Source: a virus
Taxonomy: Duplodnaviria; Heunggongvirae; Uroviricota; Caudoviricetes
DNA: 64,000 nucleotides
Strand: one strand, 5' to 3'
Virus record (IMG/VR): IMGVR_UViG_3300022750_000190
Numbering within the stretch: the first letter of the stretch is position 1; the number at the start of each line of letters is the position of its first letter. The notes under the pieces were generated by a model, which searched no databases, was not told the DNA's origin, and saw only the letters and a program-made list of their open reading frames with translations. Below, in pieces: positions 53,496 to 63,378 of the stretch. The translations under genes and the position numbers were made by a program.

Positions 53496-53993
53496 ATGGG
53501 TACTTTCTTCAATAACGCTGTTAAAAGCTATCAAGAAATGGCTAATTACATTATTAAAGATGCTTCTCAAAAGATTGTTGCAAAAGCGTTGGTTGGTCGC
53601 GAATTCTATGTGGCTTATGAATTCGTTGACAAAGAAGAAAAAACGCAGACCGGCATTTGTCTTTTCCTGATGACTTGCATAAAAGGCGAGTATGGCTATA
53701 AACCAATTGGTGAAGAATCCCATCCTTACTACTATTCTTGCCCTGAGCGCATTTTGAAACTTAGTACTCAGACTTGCGAAAGCAGCACTTTGTGGCGTGC
53801 AAAATGCCGCGAAAACATTCGTCGCAAAGCTGGATGGTCTGATTTTGTTGCTTCTTTGACTCCCGGTCAAGTTATGCAGAAGATTGAAGGTGGTGAACTC
53901 AACTTCTTGTTCGCTATCGACAAACGAAATATCGCCTGCAAAACTCCAGAAGGTAAAACCTTCCGCTATAATTTCAAAGATTTTGCCTATTAA
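53496..53993 (+). CDS. hypothetical protein
   Basis: 165 aa. The overlapping minus ORF 53487-53870 is rejected. Confidence 0.5.
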   Translation: MGTFFNNAVKSYQEMANYIIKDASQKIVAKALVGREFYVAYEFVDKEEKTQTGICLFLMTCIKGEYGYKPIGEESHPYYYSCPERILKLSTQTCESSTLWRAKCRENIRRKAGWSDFVASLTPGQVMQKIEGGELNFLFAIDKRNIACKTPEGKTFRYNFKDFAY

Positions 53994-54109
53994 TTAATAT
54001 TAAAGGATATAATCATATATCCTTTTTTTATAAAAAAATACTTGACATCAACTATTAATTTAATATAAGCTATCCTGTTAAATCAAATTTACTAATTTAA
54101 GGTATAAAA

Positions 54110-54757
54110 ATGAAAACCGTTGAACAAATTAAAGAATCCATTCTCAAGCACGAAGCAGTATTGGCTTATCTGCAATCTCAACGGATGCCTTTTGTTAAAA
54201 ATTTAACGATTGAGCACGAATATCGTGAAGAGCTTTCTTACAATGTAGTTGAAATCTTTAAAGACTTGACTCCGACAGAATTAGGTCAAGAAGAGATGCT
54301 TCTTCGTGATGAGATTGTGCAACGTATTGAAATTTTGAATGCTGCAATAGAAAAGAAGATCACTACTTCTTGCCTTCACAATCGTGATTTGGATAACAAA
54401 ATTAATAAGCTTAAACAAGCTTTCAAAGAAGAATTGTCAGATGTTTCTGAAATCGCTCTTTCTTCTAGAATGGATATCACAATGAAAAACATTGAAAAGG
54501 TTGACAGAGAGCATTTCATCAATGCTTATCTGGCTCTTGGTATCACTCATTACAATTTCACCAATGACAAACATTCTCTGTATTACAATCCTGAAAAATT
54601 TCACTTCAACACATTGAAAGAAGATATTTTCAAATCTGTGCCACTCGCTATCCAAAAGAAATACCCATCTTTTGTTGCTAAAATCCAAAATCAGAAACTA
54701 AATACCAGACCAACATCAAATACTCAACTTTTTGAAGTTGTTTTTGCGCGAAAATAA
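54110..54757 (+). CDS. hypothetical protein
   Basis: 215 aa with RBS AAGGTA. Confidence 0.5.
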   Translation: MKTVEQIKESILKHEAVLAYLQSQRMPFVKNLTIEHEYREELSYNVVEIFKDLTPTELGQEEMLLRDEIVQRIEILNAAIEKKITTSCLHNRDLDNKINKLKQAFKEELSDVSEIALSSRMDITMKNIEKVDREHFINAYLALGITHYNFTNDKHSLYYNPEKFHFNTLKEDIFKSVPLAIQKKYPSFVAKIQNQKLNTRPTSNTQLFEVVFARK

Positions 54758-54769
54758 TAATTAAGGTAC

Positions 54770-54797
54770 AAAAAAAGGAGCCGAGGCTCCTTTTTAA
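54770..54797. terminator. bidirectional intrinsic terminator
   Basis: AAAAAAGGAGCCGAGGCTCCTTTTT. Confidence 0.65.
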
Positions 54798-54808
54798 TAT
54801 TTTCGTTA

Positions 54809-55168
54809 TTACAAATAGGCAATAACACTTCTATCAGATTTCATTTCTACAACATTCGCCTTAAAAACAGCTTGGTCTGTGTTTTCTTTGTTTACAAATG
54901 AACTGTATTTATATGGATTGTAGGTTACTTTAATATTTTCTGAGACAGGAAAAGCTGCATCTTTTCTTAAAAATCCAACTACACCAGCATGAACAACTTT
55001 ACGCTTGTTTTTAATAACAAACTGACGCTGTTTCTCAGAAACCTTAAATTCACAACTTTCTAAAACTACATGCGTGGCATGAGCCATAATAAGACCACGT
55101 TTCGGACCTTGCAAAGCCTTAACAGACCAGACGCCTTTCGTTAGATTCCAATATACGAAAACTTTCAT
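54809..55168 (-). CDS. hypothetical protein
   Basis: 119 aa with RBS GAGAA on the minus strand. Confidence 0.5.
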   Translation of the reverse strand: MKVFVYWNLTKGVWSVKALQGPKRGLIMAHATHVVLESCEFKVSEKQRQFVIKNKRKVVHAGVVGFLRKDAAFPVSENIKVTYNPYKYSSFVNKENTDQAVFKANVVEMKSDRSVIAYL

Positions 55169-55320
55169 TTTTCGTTCTCATTTGTATTCAATTGGCTTGA
55201 TTATACTTTAATACTGATATTTTGTCTATCAATAGTTTTTTGTATCTTAAACAATAGCTTGCGAAAAATTAAAATGAAGTCTATAATAACAACACAGTAT
55301 ATAGACAGAAGGAATAAAAA

Positions 55321-55743
55321 ATGACCACAAGAGAAGAACAAAAAACACAACGTCGATTGGATGCAGCCAATGACTTCATGAAAGAACTAAACGATATTGG
55401 TGGATATTTTAACTTTGCAGAAGTTTCTAAATATCTTGAAATGTCTTATGATGAAGTTAATAGCCTTGTCAGTAAAAGAGTAATTCTTGCCTTCACTTTG
55501 AACGATGAACATATTTTCCCAAAATTTCAATTCCAAGCTAATCAGGTTATTGAAAAATACGGCACTTTGCTTCCTCTCTTCAATGTTAGCAATCTAACTG
55601 CTACATCATTCATGATGACTGGCTACATTAAACGCAAAGATAAAGATGTTGTTTACTATGAAGCCATGAAAGACATCAATGATGAAGAATTTGAATTCAT
55701 TAAACGTGATGCAAGTCTTTTCGGCATTCACATTGCTAACTAA
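55321..55743 (+). CDS. hypothetical protein
   Basis: 140 aa with RBS AAGGAA. Confidence 0.5.
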   Translation: MTTREEQKTQRRLDAANDFMKELNDIGGYFNFAEVSKYLEMSYDEVNSLVSKRVILAFTLNDEHIFPKFQFQANQVIEKYGTLLPLFNVSNLTATSFMMTGYIKRKDKDVVYYEAMKDINDEEFEFIKRDASLFGIHIAN

Positions 55744-55777
55744 TTAACTTAAAATCACACTATAGGAAATAAAAAAC

Positions 55778-56281
55778 ATGAACAACATTAACATTTCTAC
55801 AACAGTAAAAGCTTTTAAAGAATTGCTTGTTATTGATAACGATCTTAATCTATTGGATAAACTCCAACATTTGGATGATATCCAAGCACATTTCGAACTA
55901 AATGATTTTAAAACAGCACTTGAACTTGAAAAAAGCCTAAGTTTCAGCTTCTATAAAAGCGAAGATAAAGCAGAAAAAGAATTCAAGTATATTCTTAAAA
56001 ACCAGATTCTGAATGCTCATATTCGTTATCTGGAAAAAGAAATCATTGAATTTAATGTTATGGCTCTTTCATTATTGCCAACTAATGTTAGAACACAAGG
56101 TATTTTCACAGAAGACAAACTCATTAAAGATCTTGATTATTTAAGTCTTGTTATAACACGAATCAGTAATGACCATTTTGCACTTAAAGATGCGATCATC
56201 CACTTGTTCGATTTGTCTATTAAACGAACCAAAGAAATCAAGAGTCTCAAAAAAGACTTGGCAGAAGTTCAGCACGATTAA
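55778..56281 (+). CDS. hypothetical protein
   Basis: 167 aa with RBS AGGAAATAAAAA. Confidence 0.5.
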   Translation: MNNINISTTVKAFKELLVIDNDLNLLDKLQHLDDIQAHFELNDFKTALELEKSLSFSFYKSEDKAEKEFKYILKNQILNAHIRYLEKEIIEFNVMALSLLPTNVRTQGIFTEDKLIKDLDYLSLVITRISNDHFALKDAIIHLFDLSIKRTKEIKSLKKDLAEVQHD

Positions 56282-56368
56282 TCTTTCGCAGAATAAAGGT
56301 AGACATGCTCTACCTTTATTGGTATAATTACCTCATATTGATACCACACAACTATTAGGTAATACATC

Positions 56369-56569
56369 ATGTTGAAAGATATTTTTGATTGTGAAACCAA
56401 GCCAAAACCTATGCAAGAAAACTGGCTGCGTGTTATGGCTCTTATGCCTGAACTCAAAGGCCAGTTAGGTGGCGAAGTAAACGAACATGATGTTCAACTT
56501 TCTGCTGATGCAAAAGAAGTTATGTCCGAGCATCACATTCAATTGCATACTCATCAACGTTCAATTTAA
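56369..56569 (+). CDS. hypothetical small protein
   Basis: 66-aa ORF. Confidence 0.4.
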   Translation: MLKDIFDCETKPKPMQENWLRVMALMPELKGQLGGEVNEHDVQLSADAKEVMSEHHIQLHTHQRSI

Positions 56570-56584
56570 TAAGGAGCGTATTTA

Positions 56585-57007
56585 ATGACTATTCATGAAG
56601 ATGATCGTTTGAACTATTTGGAAGAAGAACACAACAAAAAAGAATTACAAAAAAATCTTGAACAAGAAAATCTGAAAAAAGCGCTATTGATTACGAAAAA
56701 AATCAATGTGTCAACAGAAATTGCTATGGTTCATCATGAACTTAGTGGTAGCATCGAAGGTGCTATCGAATACCTTCAGAAAAAACTTCAAGAAGCAAAT
56801 GAAAAAGGTGTAAAATACAAACTTGATTATCGTAAAGAATATGGATATTATAATGACCATTATGATGTAATTGGACTTGTTGAAGTTCGTGAAGAAACGG
56901 ATGAAGAATTTAAATTTAGAGTTCAAAAAGATCTCGAACAAAAAGCTACCGCAGTAGAACAACGTCGTTTACAATTTGAACAACTCAGCAAAGAATTTGG
57001 CAATTAA
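56585..57007 (+). CDS. hypothetical protein
   Basis: 140 aa with RBS AAGGAG. Confidence 0.5.
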   Translation: MTIHEDDRLNYLEEEHNKKELQKNLEQENLKKALLITKKINVSTEIAMVHHELSGSIEGAIEYLQKKLQEANEKGVKYKLDYRKEYGYYNDHYDVIGLVEVREETDEEFKFRVQKDLEQKATAVEQRRLQFEQLSKEFGN

Positions 57008-57022
57008 TAAAAAGGTGTAAAT

Positions 57023-57301
57023 ATGTCATATACTGACTATACGAAAGAAGAATTGGAAAGCATGAGTACTGTCATGCTCATGAGTCTTCTAAATTCGGCA
57101 AGAGCACAAATTTCAATCGGAACAAGAAATCTTGAACCTGATTGTGAAGTCTCGAAAGTTATTTCTGAGGTGTGTGTCGAACCCTTCAAAAAATTCGCCA
57201 CTCAACTTAAAGAAGTGCTAAGTACAAGAGAACACATCCCAAACAAAGAAGAACGTCGAGCTATTCGGCAACAGAAACAAAAAGAAAAACAAAGCCGCTA
57301 G
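57023..57301 (+). CDS. hypothetical protein
   Basis: 92 aa with RBS AAGGTG. The stop codon TAG lies in the loop of terminator AGCCGC-TAGTCAA-GCGGCT. Confidence 0.45.
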   Translation: MSYTDYTKEELESMSTVMLMSLLNSARAQISIGTRNLEPDCEVSKVISEVCVEPFKKFATQLKEVLSTREHIPNKEERRAIRQQKQKEKQSR

Positions 57302-57316
57302 TCAAGCGGCTTTTTC
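57293..57316. terminator. bidirectional terminator with a stop codon in the loop
   Basis: AGCCGC TAGTCAA GCGGCT followed by TTTTT. Confidence 0.55.
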
Positions 57317-57565
57317 TTATTTTAAAAAATTATAACCAGAAATATCTCTCATTTCAGGAGCTATTTCTTTTAATCTTTTAACACTTGAAAAATCTTTTAT
57401 CTTTTTATCAAAAAGAGGTTTATTTTCCTTAGTCAAAAGCAATTCTTTAAGATCCATGCTATTTATGAAATAAAGATTTCCATATTGCTCAAAAAAACGT
57501 CCTTTAATATTGTCTTCTGAATCCACAAATCTTCTTACTGTAACAATGTTGTCATTCATACCCAA
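57317..57565 (-). CDS. hypothetical small protein
   Basis: 82 aa with RBS GAGGT on the minus strand. Confidence 0.45.
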   Translation of the reverse strand: MGMNDNIVTVRRFVDSEDNIKGRFFEQYGNLYFINSMDLKELLLTKENKPLFDKKIKDFSSVKRLKEIAPEMRDISGYNFLK

Positions 57566-57665
57566 ACCTCAACTTATTAATTCAATTATACCACTGAGTA
57601 TATAGACATTCTAGTTACAGTCTAGTATAATCGAATACCTTTAATCCGATTATAGAGAATCTTCC

Positions 57666-58667
57666 ATGTCTGAAAATAATTACGCATCTTTTTTTGAATT
57701 CTTTTTGCAAAATATTGACAAAATAAAGAAAATTCCAGAAGATTTTCAAATGAAACTTACTATTTTTGAACCAGACTTTGATAATACAAATTATCCAATT
57801 GTCCAAGAAGCGTGTAAACGTCTTGACCTTATCTCATCAGCTATTCTTAATGAGTACAAAAAACTTATTACTGATATGATCATTGATGACTCACATAATT
57901 CTGGCATTGACAATGGCAATAAAGTTGGCTCACGCTACAACCATGACATTGAAGGCAGAATTCCTGATTTTCTTAATCAATTGATTTCTAAAAATCCAGA
58001 CATCAGTGCTGAAAAGCTTGCAGAGAAATTTACGCTTCAATTCTATTTCTGGACTGATTGTTATTGCTGTGCGAAACGATATCCAATGCATGTCAACTTG
58101 TTAAAAAACACTATCTCTTCTCTTGTTATTGATGATCTAGATAAATGTGAATATCCACAAGGCATTAAAGACCAAAAATATTCATTTACTGTGAAAAGTG
58201 GAAAATTAATTATCGCAAATGATTTTCGTGAGCTTTTTGGTAAAGATAATTTCAAACAATGGGCACATAATAAAACAGGTCAACGCCAAACTGTCAATAC
58301 TGGTTATGGTTCAACCCTCTACACTCAATATTACATGGAAAAGGGGCTTATCTATATTCGTACAGGTGACAGTTCCCCATCATTGCAGATAAGCAGTGAC
58401 AAAAACTCTTTAGCTATTGCTTGTGGAAAGCTGAAAGGTTATGAAAAAGTGAACAGTGTTTGTACTGACTTATGGGCAGTTCAGGCTCTGGACTATGATC
58501 ACTTTGTCGAATTATGTGGAGATTCAGATATTGATGAAATGATTAAAGAGTTTAATGCTTTTATTGTTGATGTTAAAAATGGTCAGTATGAGATTATTGA
58601 CCACAATAAATATCCAGCCAAAAAAGAGTATTATCATTTTGCAACGTTTAATTTAATTTCTAAATAA
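57666..58667 (+). CDS. hypothetical protein
   Basis: 333-aa ORF. Confidence 0.5.
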   Translation: MSENNYASFFEFFLQNIDKIKKIPEDFQMKLTIFEPDFDNTNYPIVQEACKRLDLISSAILNEYKKLITDMIIDDSHNSGIDNGNKVGSRYNHDIEGRIPDFLNQLISKNPDISAEKLAEKFTLQFYFWTDCYCCAKRYPMHVNLLKNTISSLVIDDLDKCEYPQGIKDQKYSFTVKSGKLIIANDFRELFGKDNFKQWAHNKTGQRQTVNTGYGSTLYTQYYMEKGLIYIRTGDSSPSLQISSDKNSLAIACGKLKGYEKVNSVCTDLWAVQALDYDHFVELCGDSDIDEMIKEFNAFIVDVKNGQYEIIDHNKYPAKKEYYHFATFNLISK

Positions 58668-58680
58668 GCTCAAAACATTG

Positions 58681-58709
58681 TTGACAAAAATGAGGTTTCG
58701 TACTATAAT
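58681..58709 (+). promoter_or_regulatory. sigma70 consensus promoter TTGACA-17-TATAAT upstream of the ArfA-like ORF
   Basis: TTGACA at 58681-58686 and TATAAT at 58704-58709. Confidence 0.6.
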
Positions 58710-58744
58710 AACAACATCAAATCAACGAAGATAGGGTTGCAATC

Positions 58745-58876
58745 ATGGCACACGCAAATCGCAGTAAGGTTCTCCAAGTGGTTCGTGAAGACCGTCTTTT
58801 CAGTCACAAGGTTGAGAAACCAAAGGCTGGCAAAGGCTCTTACAGCCGTAAAGGGCGTCAAGAAAAGCACTGGTAA
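58745..58876 (+). CDS. arfA: ArfA-like alternative ribosome-rescue factor, 43 aa (not in ORF track)
   Basis: MAHANRSKVLQVVREDRLFSHKVEKPKAGKGSYSRKGRQEKHW matches, as best I recall it, E. coli ArfA (...[28 protein letters not shown]...). Weak SD AGGG. Confidence 0.55.
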   Translation: MAHANRSKVLQVVREDRLFSHKVEKPKAGKGSYSRKGRQEKHW

Positions 58877-58887
58877 CAGTGCTTTTT
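58865..58887 (+). terminator. intrinsic terminator whose GTAA loop contains the arfA-like stop codon
   Basis: AAGCACTG GTAA CAGTGCTT followed by TTTT. TAA is at 58874-58876. Confidence 0.6.
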
Positions 58888-58903
58888 CGTCTTGAGGTTA
58901 AAA

Positions 58904-59194
58904 ATGACAATAAGAGAAAACCTTACCCTTACACACAAAACTTATATCAGTCTCCCTAAAAGCTATTGGGATAAATTTTCAACTGCAGATGTTGATTCTC
59001 TTTTAGAAAAGCTTTTTGAGTCCGAAACGTTTCTCAAAAAGAACATCACAAAACAAAACTGCAATGATTATATTGAGCATGTCCAAATTGTTGCAAAAAT
59101 ACTAAAGGAAAAAGTCAATATGCTTAGTCTCGCTGACCATATTGAAAGCTATGGTGTTGTCGTTGGCACTACATGCCTTAAAATCTTACGTTGA
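58904..59194 (+). CDS. hypothetical protein
   Basis: ATG at 58904 with GAGGT upstream. The track ORF begins at TTG 58892. Confidence 0.45.
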   Translation: MTIRENLTLTHKTYISLPKSYWDKFSTADVDSLLEKLFESETFLKKNITKQNCNDYIEHVQIVAKILKEKVNMLSLADHIESYGVVVGTTCLKILR

Positions 59195-59203
59195 GATCCC
59201 CAC

Positions 59204-59599
59204 ATGCATCCTAAAGACCTTATTCTTTGTCAAGCACATGGTTCAGAAGAACCTGAGTACGAACGCTGGCAACCAGAATATGGCATCGACAACTTCGTAA
59301 AAACAGAATTTACTTGTGGTGCTTGCCACTATCTTGCCTATGCACTTCACAAACATACAGGATGGGCTATCTACTCTGTTGGTGAAGAACACTATTATGT
59401 CATCAATAATGATGGTAAGGCTGTTGACATATATGGCGTAAGACCGACTCAATATGCACCCACTAAATATGATATTGATCAAAAACAATCAACTCAGCCT
59501 TCAATAGTTGAAAGTATCGAAGATGTTTCTGATAATGATTACTATCTATGGGCTGAAAAAATAATCAAAAACTTTCCAAATTATTTTGGCATTAAATAG
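59204..59599 (+). CDS. hypothetical protein
   Basis: 131-aa ORF. Confidence 0.5.
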   Translation: MHPKDLILCQAHGSEEPEYERWQPEYGIDNFVKTEFTCGACHYLAYALHKHTGWAIYSVGEEHYYVINNDGKAVDIYGVRPTQYAPTKYDIDQKQSTQPSIVESIEDVSDNDYYLWAEKIIKNFPNYFGIK

Positions 59600-59659
59600 T
59601 TGTAATTCTATTTGTCTGATGATATAATCCAATGACATGTATCTATTGGATTATATCTT

Positions 59660-60064
59660 ATGAATATCGCAAAACAAAAATCTGATGTTCTTTTTTACCT
59701 CACAAAAGAACTTAACAATGTTCACACTTTTGCAAAAGAACATGAAAATGTAATTGCACAATATCACGTTATCGATTTTTGGGAAAAGTGGGACGGCGCA
59801 TTCAAAAAAGAAAACAATGGTAATTTCTACGAATTTGCCTTGGAACTCTTTGACCTTGCAAATGCAAGGGCTTCTGATACTATCAAACTTTATTTTGATC
59901 ATAAAGATTTCCCATTGGATTATGATGAGAAAGATTCAAGTCATGCTTTGTATATCTTGGCAAAAGGTGAATTTAATGGTCAAGAATATTTCGTAAAAGC
60001 TACATCTGAACACAAATACCACAATGACAATTATGTCTTTGATAAAACAATGCATAGAGAATAA
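59660..60064 (+). CDS. hypothetical protein
   Basis: 134 aa. The overlapping minus ORF is rejected. Confidence 0.5.
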   Translation: MNIAKQKSDVLFYLTKELNNVHTFAKEHENVIAQYHVIDFWEKWDGAFKKENNGNFYEFALELFDLANARASDTIKLYFDHKDFPLDYDEKDSSHALYILAKGEFNGQEYFVKATSEHKYHNDNYVFDKTMHRE

Positions 60065-60066
60065 TT

Positions 60067-60483
60067 ATGAGCAGAAAAGACCGTAGTAAGTTTAAAGGTG
60101 ATTTAAAGAACCCTATTCAACCTCTTTATCAAGATGAAAATGGCACTTTACGATTTAAGTCAAATGCTATTGTAGAATATCTACTTGATAATGGCAAAAT
60201 CGATCTAAATCAAATCGCAGCAATGGATTTCACCCAAAATGATAGAGAACAATTTAGTCAACTGCATGGTTATAGTTTAGGTGGCTTTGGAGAACTAAGC
60301 TCAACAAGTAATGAAACTTATTATGCTGCTGTAAAAATGCATGAAAATCCTGAAATGAACGAATTGCAAGCTCGTTATGATTCGCTGCTAGAACAATTCG
60401 AGAGCCTTAAAAATGCACTTCAAGAACCCATGAGACTTTTGGCAGAAGTTGCTAATGATCATGAACTTGACATTGAAGAGTAA
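60067..60483 (+). CDS. hypothetical protein
   Basis: 138-aa ORF. Confidence 0.5.
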   Translation: MSRKDRSKFKGDLKNPIQPLYQDENGTLRFKSNAIVEYLLDNGKIDLNQIAAMDFTQNDREQFSQLHGYSLGGFGELSSTSNETYYAAVKMHENPEMNELQARYDSLLEQFESLKNALQEPMRLLAEVANDHELDIEE

Positions 60484-60489
60484 TTCATA

Positions 60490-61221
60490 ATGAATATCAA
60501 ACCTGAAAATATTCAACATAATAAGGATTATGTTGGACACCAATTAAAAGATAATATATATCGTTTTAGAAATGAATATATTTTGAAATCTAAATTACGT
60601 TTGTTATTGTCCAATTATGAACCTAAATTTCATACCACTCATATAAATTCAATAGATAATCTTGAAAGTTATAAAAAACATTTGTATATGCAAGAATCTG
60701 TAATGTGGACTATTACGTTACTTAATAATAATCAAAAAAATCATGTTACTAGATTAAAATCACTTATTAGTCGCATAAGTGATGCGCCTTCATCTGAGAG
60801 AAAAGATACAAGAGAAAATGTTAAAAATGAAACAATGCATGATTTTTGTGATTTTATTCAAATGAATCTTTTCTTTTTCCAAAATATATTAATGCTAGAG
60901 AAAGATAAATCAATTATTTCTGAATATCTAGATAATTTAGATAACATATTGATATTTAACACCTCTTTTATTGAAGATATTGAAAAAACACAAAACGAAC
61001 TTCACACTATTTTCATTCCAATGTTAAATGATATGAATGTGTTAAAAAATGTTTCAGATTCTAAATTATATTTTGAATTTATAGGAAACATGTTTACAAA
61101 ACATTCTGCATTTATTCAAACTCTGCATGATCAGTATTTTGAAAAAATCAGAAATAATATTCAACAAATAGTGAAAGCAATCGAACCCAAAAAATCGTTG
61201 CCGAAGTCTGTTTATAATTAA
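60490..61221 (+). CDS. hypothetical protein
   Basis: 243-aa ORF. Confidence 0.5.
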   Translation: MNIKPENIQHNKDYVGHQLKDNIYRFRNEYILKSKLRLLLSNYEPKFHTTHINSIDNLESYKKHLYMQESVMWTITLLNNNQKNHVTRLKSLISRISDAPSSERKDTRENVKNETMHDFCDFIQMNLFFFQNILMLEKDKSIISEYLDNLDNILIFNTSFIEDIEKTQNELHTIFIPMLNDMNVLKNVSDSKLYFEFIGNMFTKHSAFIQTLHDQYFEKIRNNIQQIVKAIEPKKSLPKSVYN

Positions 61222-61576
61222 TTTAATAATCAAAATTTATTAAATTCATAAAAATTCCTTACTGTATAAGGGATTCTTCTTATATACAGACCAGTGGCGC
61301 TACTCAAAAATAGCCATTAAGTATAATATAACTATAAACACCAATCTTTTAATAGGTTACACATGAAAGTTGAACAGAAAAAAAGTTCTAGCAGTCAATC
61401 TCAAATAGCTATAAACCCTTTAACTAAATGGCTTAGTCCCAATGAATGTTATGCACTCAAAGGAAGCAAAAAAGAAGAAACAAAACACTGATTAATATTT
61501 TACTTTTTGTTAATTAATTGACTAATTTTAAATAACTATATACAATAGAAATTCTATTTAAAAGGTATTAATTAAT

Positions 61577-62107
61577 ATGGCTAGTATTCAATATTTCCCA
61601 CCCATTTCAAAATCAGAATTCGATTCATTAGGTACAGAAGAAAACAGCGTTAAAGAACAAAAACGCATTCTAAAACTTATTGATGACCGCCTTAGCTATG
61701 TTTACCCCTATTTATGCTCGCTTACTGGCAATGAACTTGACTGGTTTGATTTTGATAATGCCCCTGAATGTCATAATGGTGATCCAGAAAGAGGCGAATT
61801 TGATTATGAATTGTATTCAGAAAATATCACTTTAATCAGAAGTGTTAAAAATTTCATGTATAAAGGTCAATCTCTTAATATATATAATTATTCTGTCCCA
61901 TCAAAATTTATGTATGAAGAAATTAATGAAGATGAAGTAAAACAATTGATTCAAGACGAAAAAGACAGCATTGATAAAAAACATCAAGAAGAACATGATA
62001 AAAAATTAGCAATCAAAGTTAATAGAGAAAAGCTTATAGCTTCGATTGAATCAAAACTAACAAAAGAAGAACTTGGTATTATCGAATTCAAGAAGGTTAA
62101 ACCATGA
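61577..62107 (+). CDS. hypothetical protein
   Basis: 176 aa. Preceded by about 350 nt of ORF-poor AT-rich sequence. Confidence 0.5.
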   Translation: MASIQYFPPISKSEFDSLGTEENSVKEQKRILKLIDDRLSYVYPYLCSLTGNELDWFDFDNAPECHNGDPERGEFDYELYSENITLIRSVKNFMYKGQSLNIYNYSVPSKFMYEEINEDEVKQLIQDEKDSIDKKHQEEHDKKLAIKVNREKLIASIESKLTKEELGIIEFKKVKP

Positions 62108-62757
62108 GTAAAGTATACCCAGTAATTCATTACAAAGACGATGAAACCACAATATCAGAAGCTATTAAAGCAAGTGATGCTGGTGCTGATGGCGTTTTTC
62201 TTATTTCACATATCGGTCATAATGAACGTCTTATTCCATTGGCAGTAGAAATAAAAGAAAAGCTGAAAATTGAAGTAGGTCTTAACTTTTTAGGTGAAAA
62301 TGTTTTATATACAGCACAAATAGTTCGCGAAAATAATCTTGATATGGTTTGGGCAGATTATTGCGGAGTTTCATCAGAAGGTCTTGAATATGAAGGGCAT
62401 GATCTTGCTGATTGGTCTTGCTTGAATGAACATATTAAAGTATTCGCCTCTGTTGCATTCAAATATCAAGGCTTTGAGCCTAGTCCGAGTTTAGCTGCAT
62501 CAGAAGCTCTTAAAGCTGGTTTTATACCTACTACAAGCGGTTCTGGAACAGGTTCTGCTCCATCGATTGATAAGATACGTGATATGTCTGTTGCTGCACA
62601 AGGAACCCTTGCTGTTGCCAGTGGCATGACATGTGACAACATAAACGAATTTAAACCTTATTTATCTCACATCCTTGTTGCAACTGGTGTATCTGATGAT
62701 GAATATCATTTTAATATCGAAAAATTGAGAACTTTTATTGCATTAGCGCATTCTTAA
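62104..62757 (+). CDS. TIM-barrel-like protein, possibly BtpA/SgcQ-family or related phosphate-binding barrel
   Basis: PVIHYKDDETT...GADGVFLISHIG and a C-terminal Gly-rich phosphate-binding-like stretch TTSGSGTGSAP...LAVASGMT. The call is tentative. Confidence 0.4.
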   Translation: MSKVYPVIHYKDDETTISEAIKASDAGADGVFLISHIGHNERLIPLAVEIKEKLKIEVGLNFLGENVLYTAQIVRENNLDMVWADYCGVSSEGLEYEGHDLADWSCLNEHIKVFASVAFKYQGFEPSPSLAASEALKAGFIPTTSGSGTGSAPSIDKIRDMSVAAQGTLAVASGMTCDNINEFKPYLSHILVATGVSDDEYHFNIEKLRTFIALAHS

Positions 62758-62825
62758 AATTTTGTTTACATCTACTTGATCTCATGATATAATCAACACC
62801 ACTTTTAAACAAAGGCGTATAAAGT

Positions 62826-63131
62826 ATGTCTCGGCAAATAGAAATCTCAATCAAATTTATCGAAATTAAAGAAAGAAATTCAGAAGAAAGCTCATGCTAT
62901 GTCGAAGTTATTGATGATACAGGTGACGGAACTTATGTCTACTATCCTTTAGCTGACACTTGGGAGCAAGTAAAAAAAGAATACCCTACATTCAATGATG
63001 TCCTAACAAGTGTTGGTCAGGTTTATGAGTTCGACTGCGAACCAAAAGACTTTATTGTAAAGGCTTGCAGTGGTCATGAAGGATTGTATGATGTAGTTGT
63101 CAAAGCAAAAAAATCGAGAAAGAAAAAATGA
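62826..63131 (+). CDS. hypothetical protein
   Basis: 101-aa ORF. Confidence 0.45.
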   Translation: MSRQIEISIKFIEIKERNSEESSCYVEVIDDTGDGTYVYYPLADTWEQVKKEYPTFNDVLTSVGQVYEFDCEPKDFIVKACSGHEGLYDVVVKAKKSRKKK

Positions 63132-63364
63132 ATAAAATTATTTTAGTTACAAATGAAGATGGAGATTACGAAGCTTTGTACCTTAATGGCAACATTATTG
63201 TTCAAGGTTCTTCTGTTCCTCGTTTTGAGTTGACAGACACAATGTCTAAAAATCAACCATATGAATACGAGACACATGAAGTAACAGCAGACTGGATTGA
63301 AGACTTCGGTGGAAACTACCCTGATAGCCTTCTGGATATTCCACAAGACGCATACACAGACTAA
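63128..63364 (+). CDS. hypothetical small protein
   Basis: 78 aa overlapping the upstream stop (ATGA). Confidence 0.45.
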   Translation: MNKIILVTNEDGDYEALYLNGNIIVQGSSVPRFELTDTMSKNQPYEYETHEVTADWIEDFGGNYPDSLLDIPQDAYTD

Positions 63365-63378
63365 CCTAGGAATTAAAA

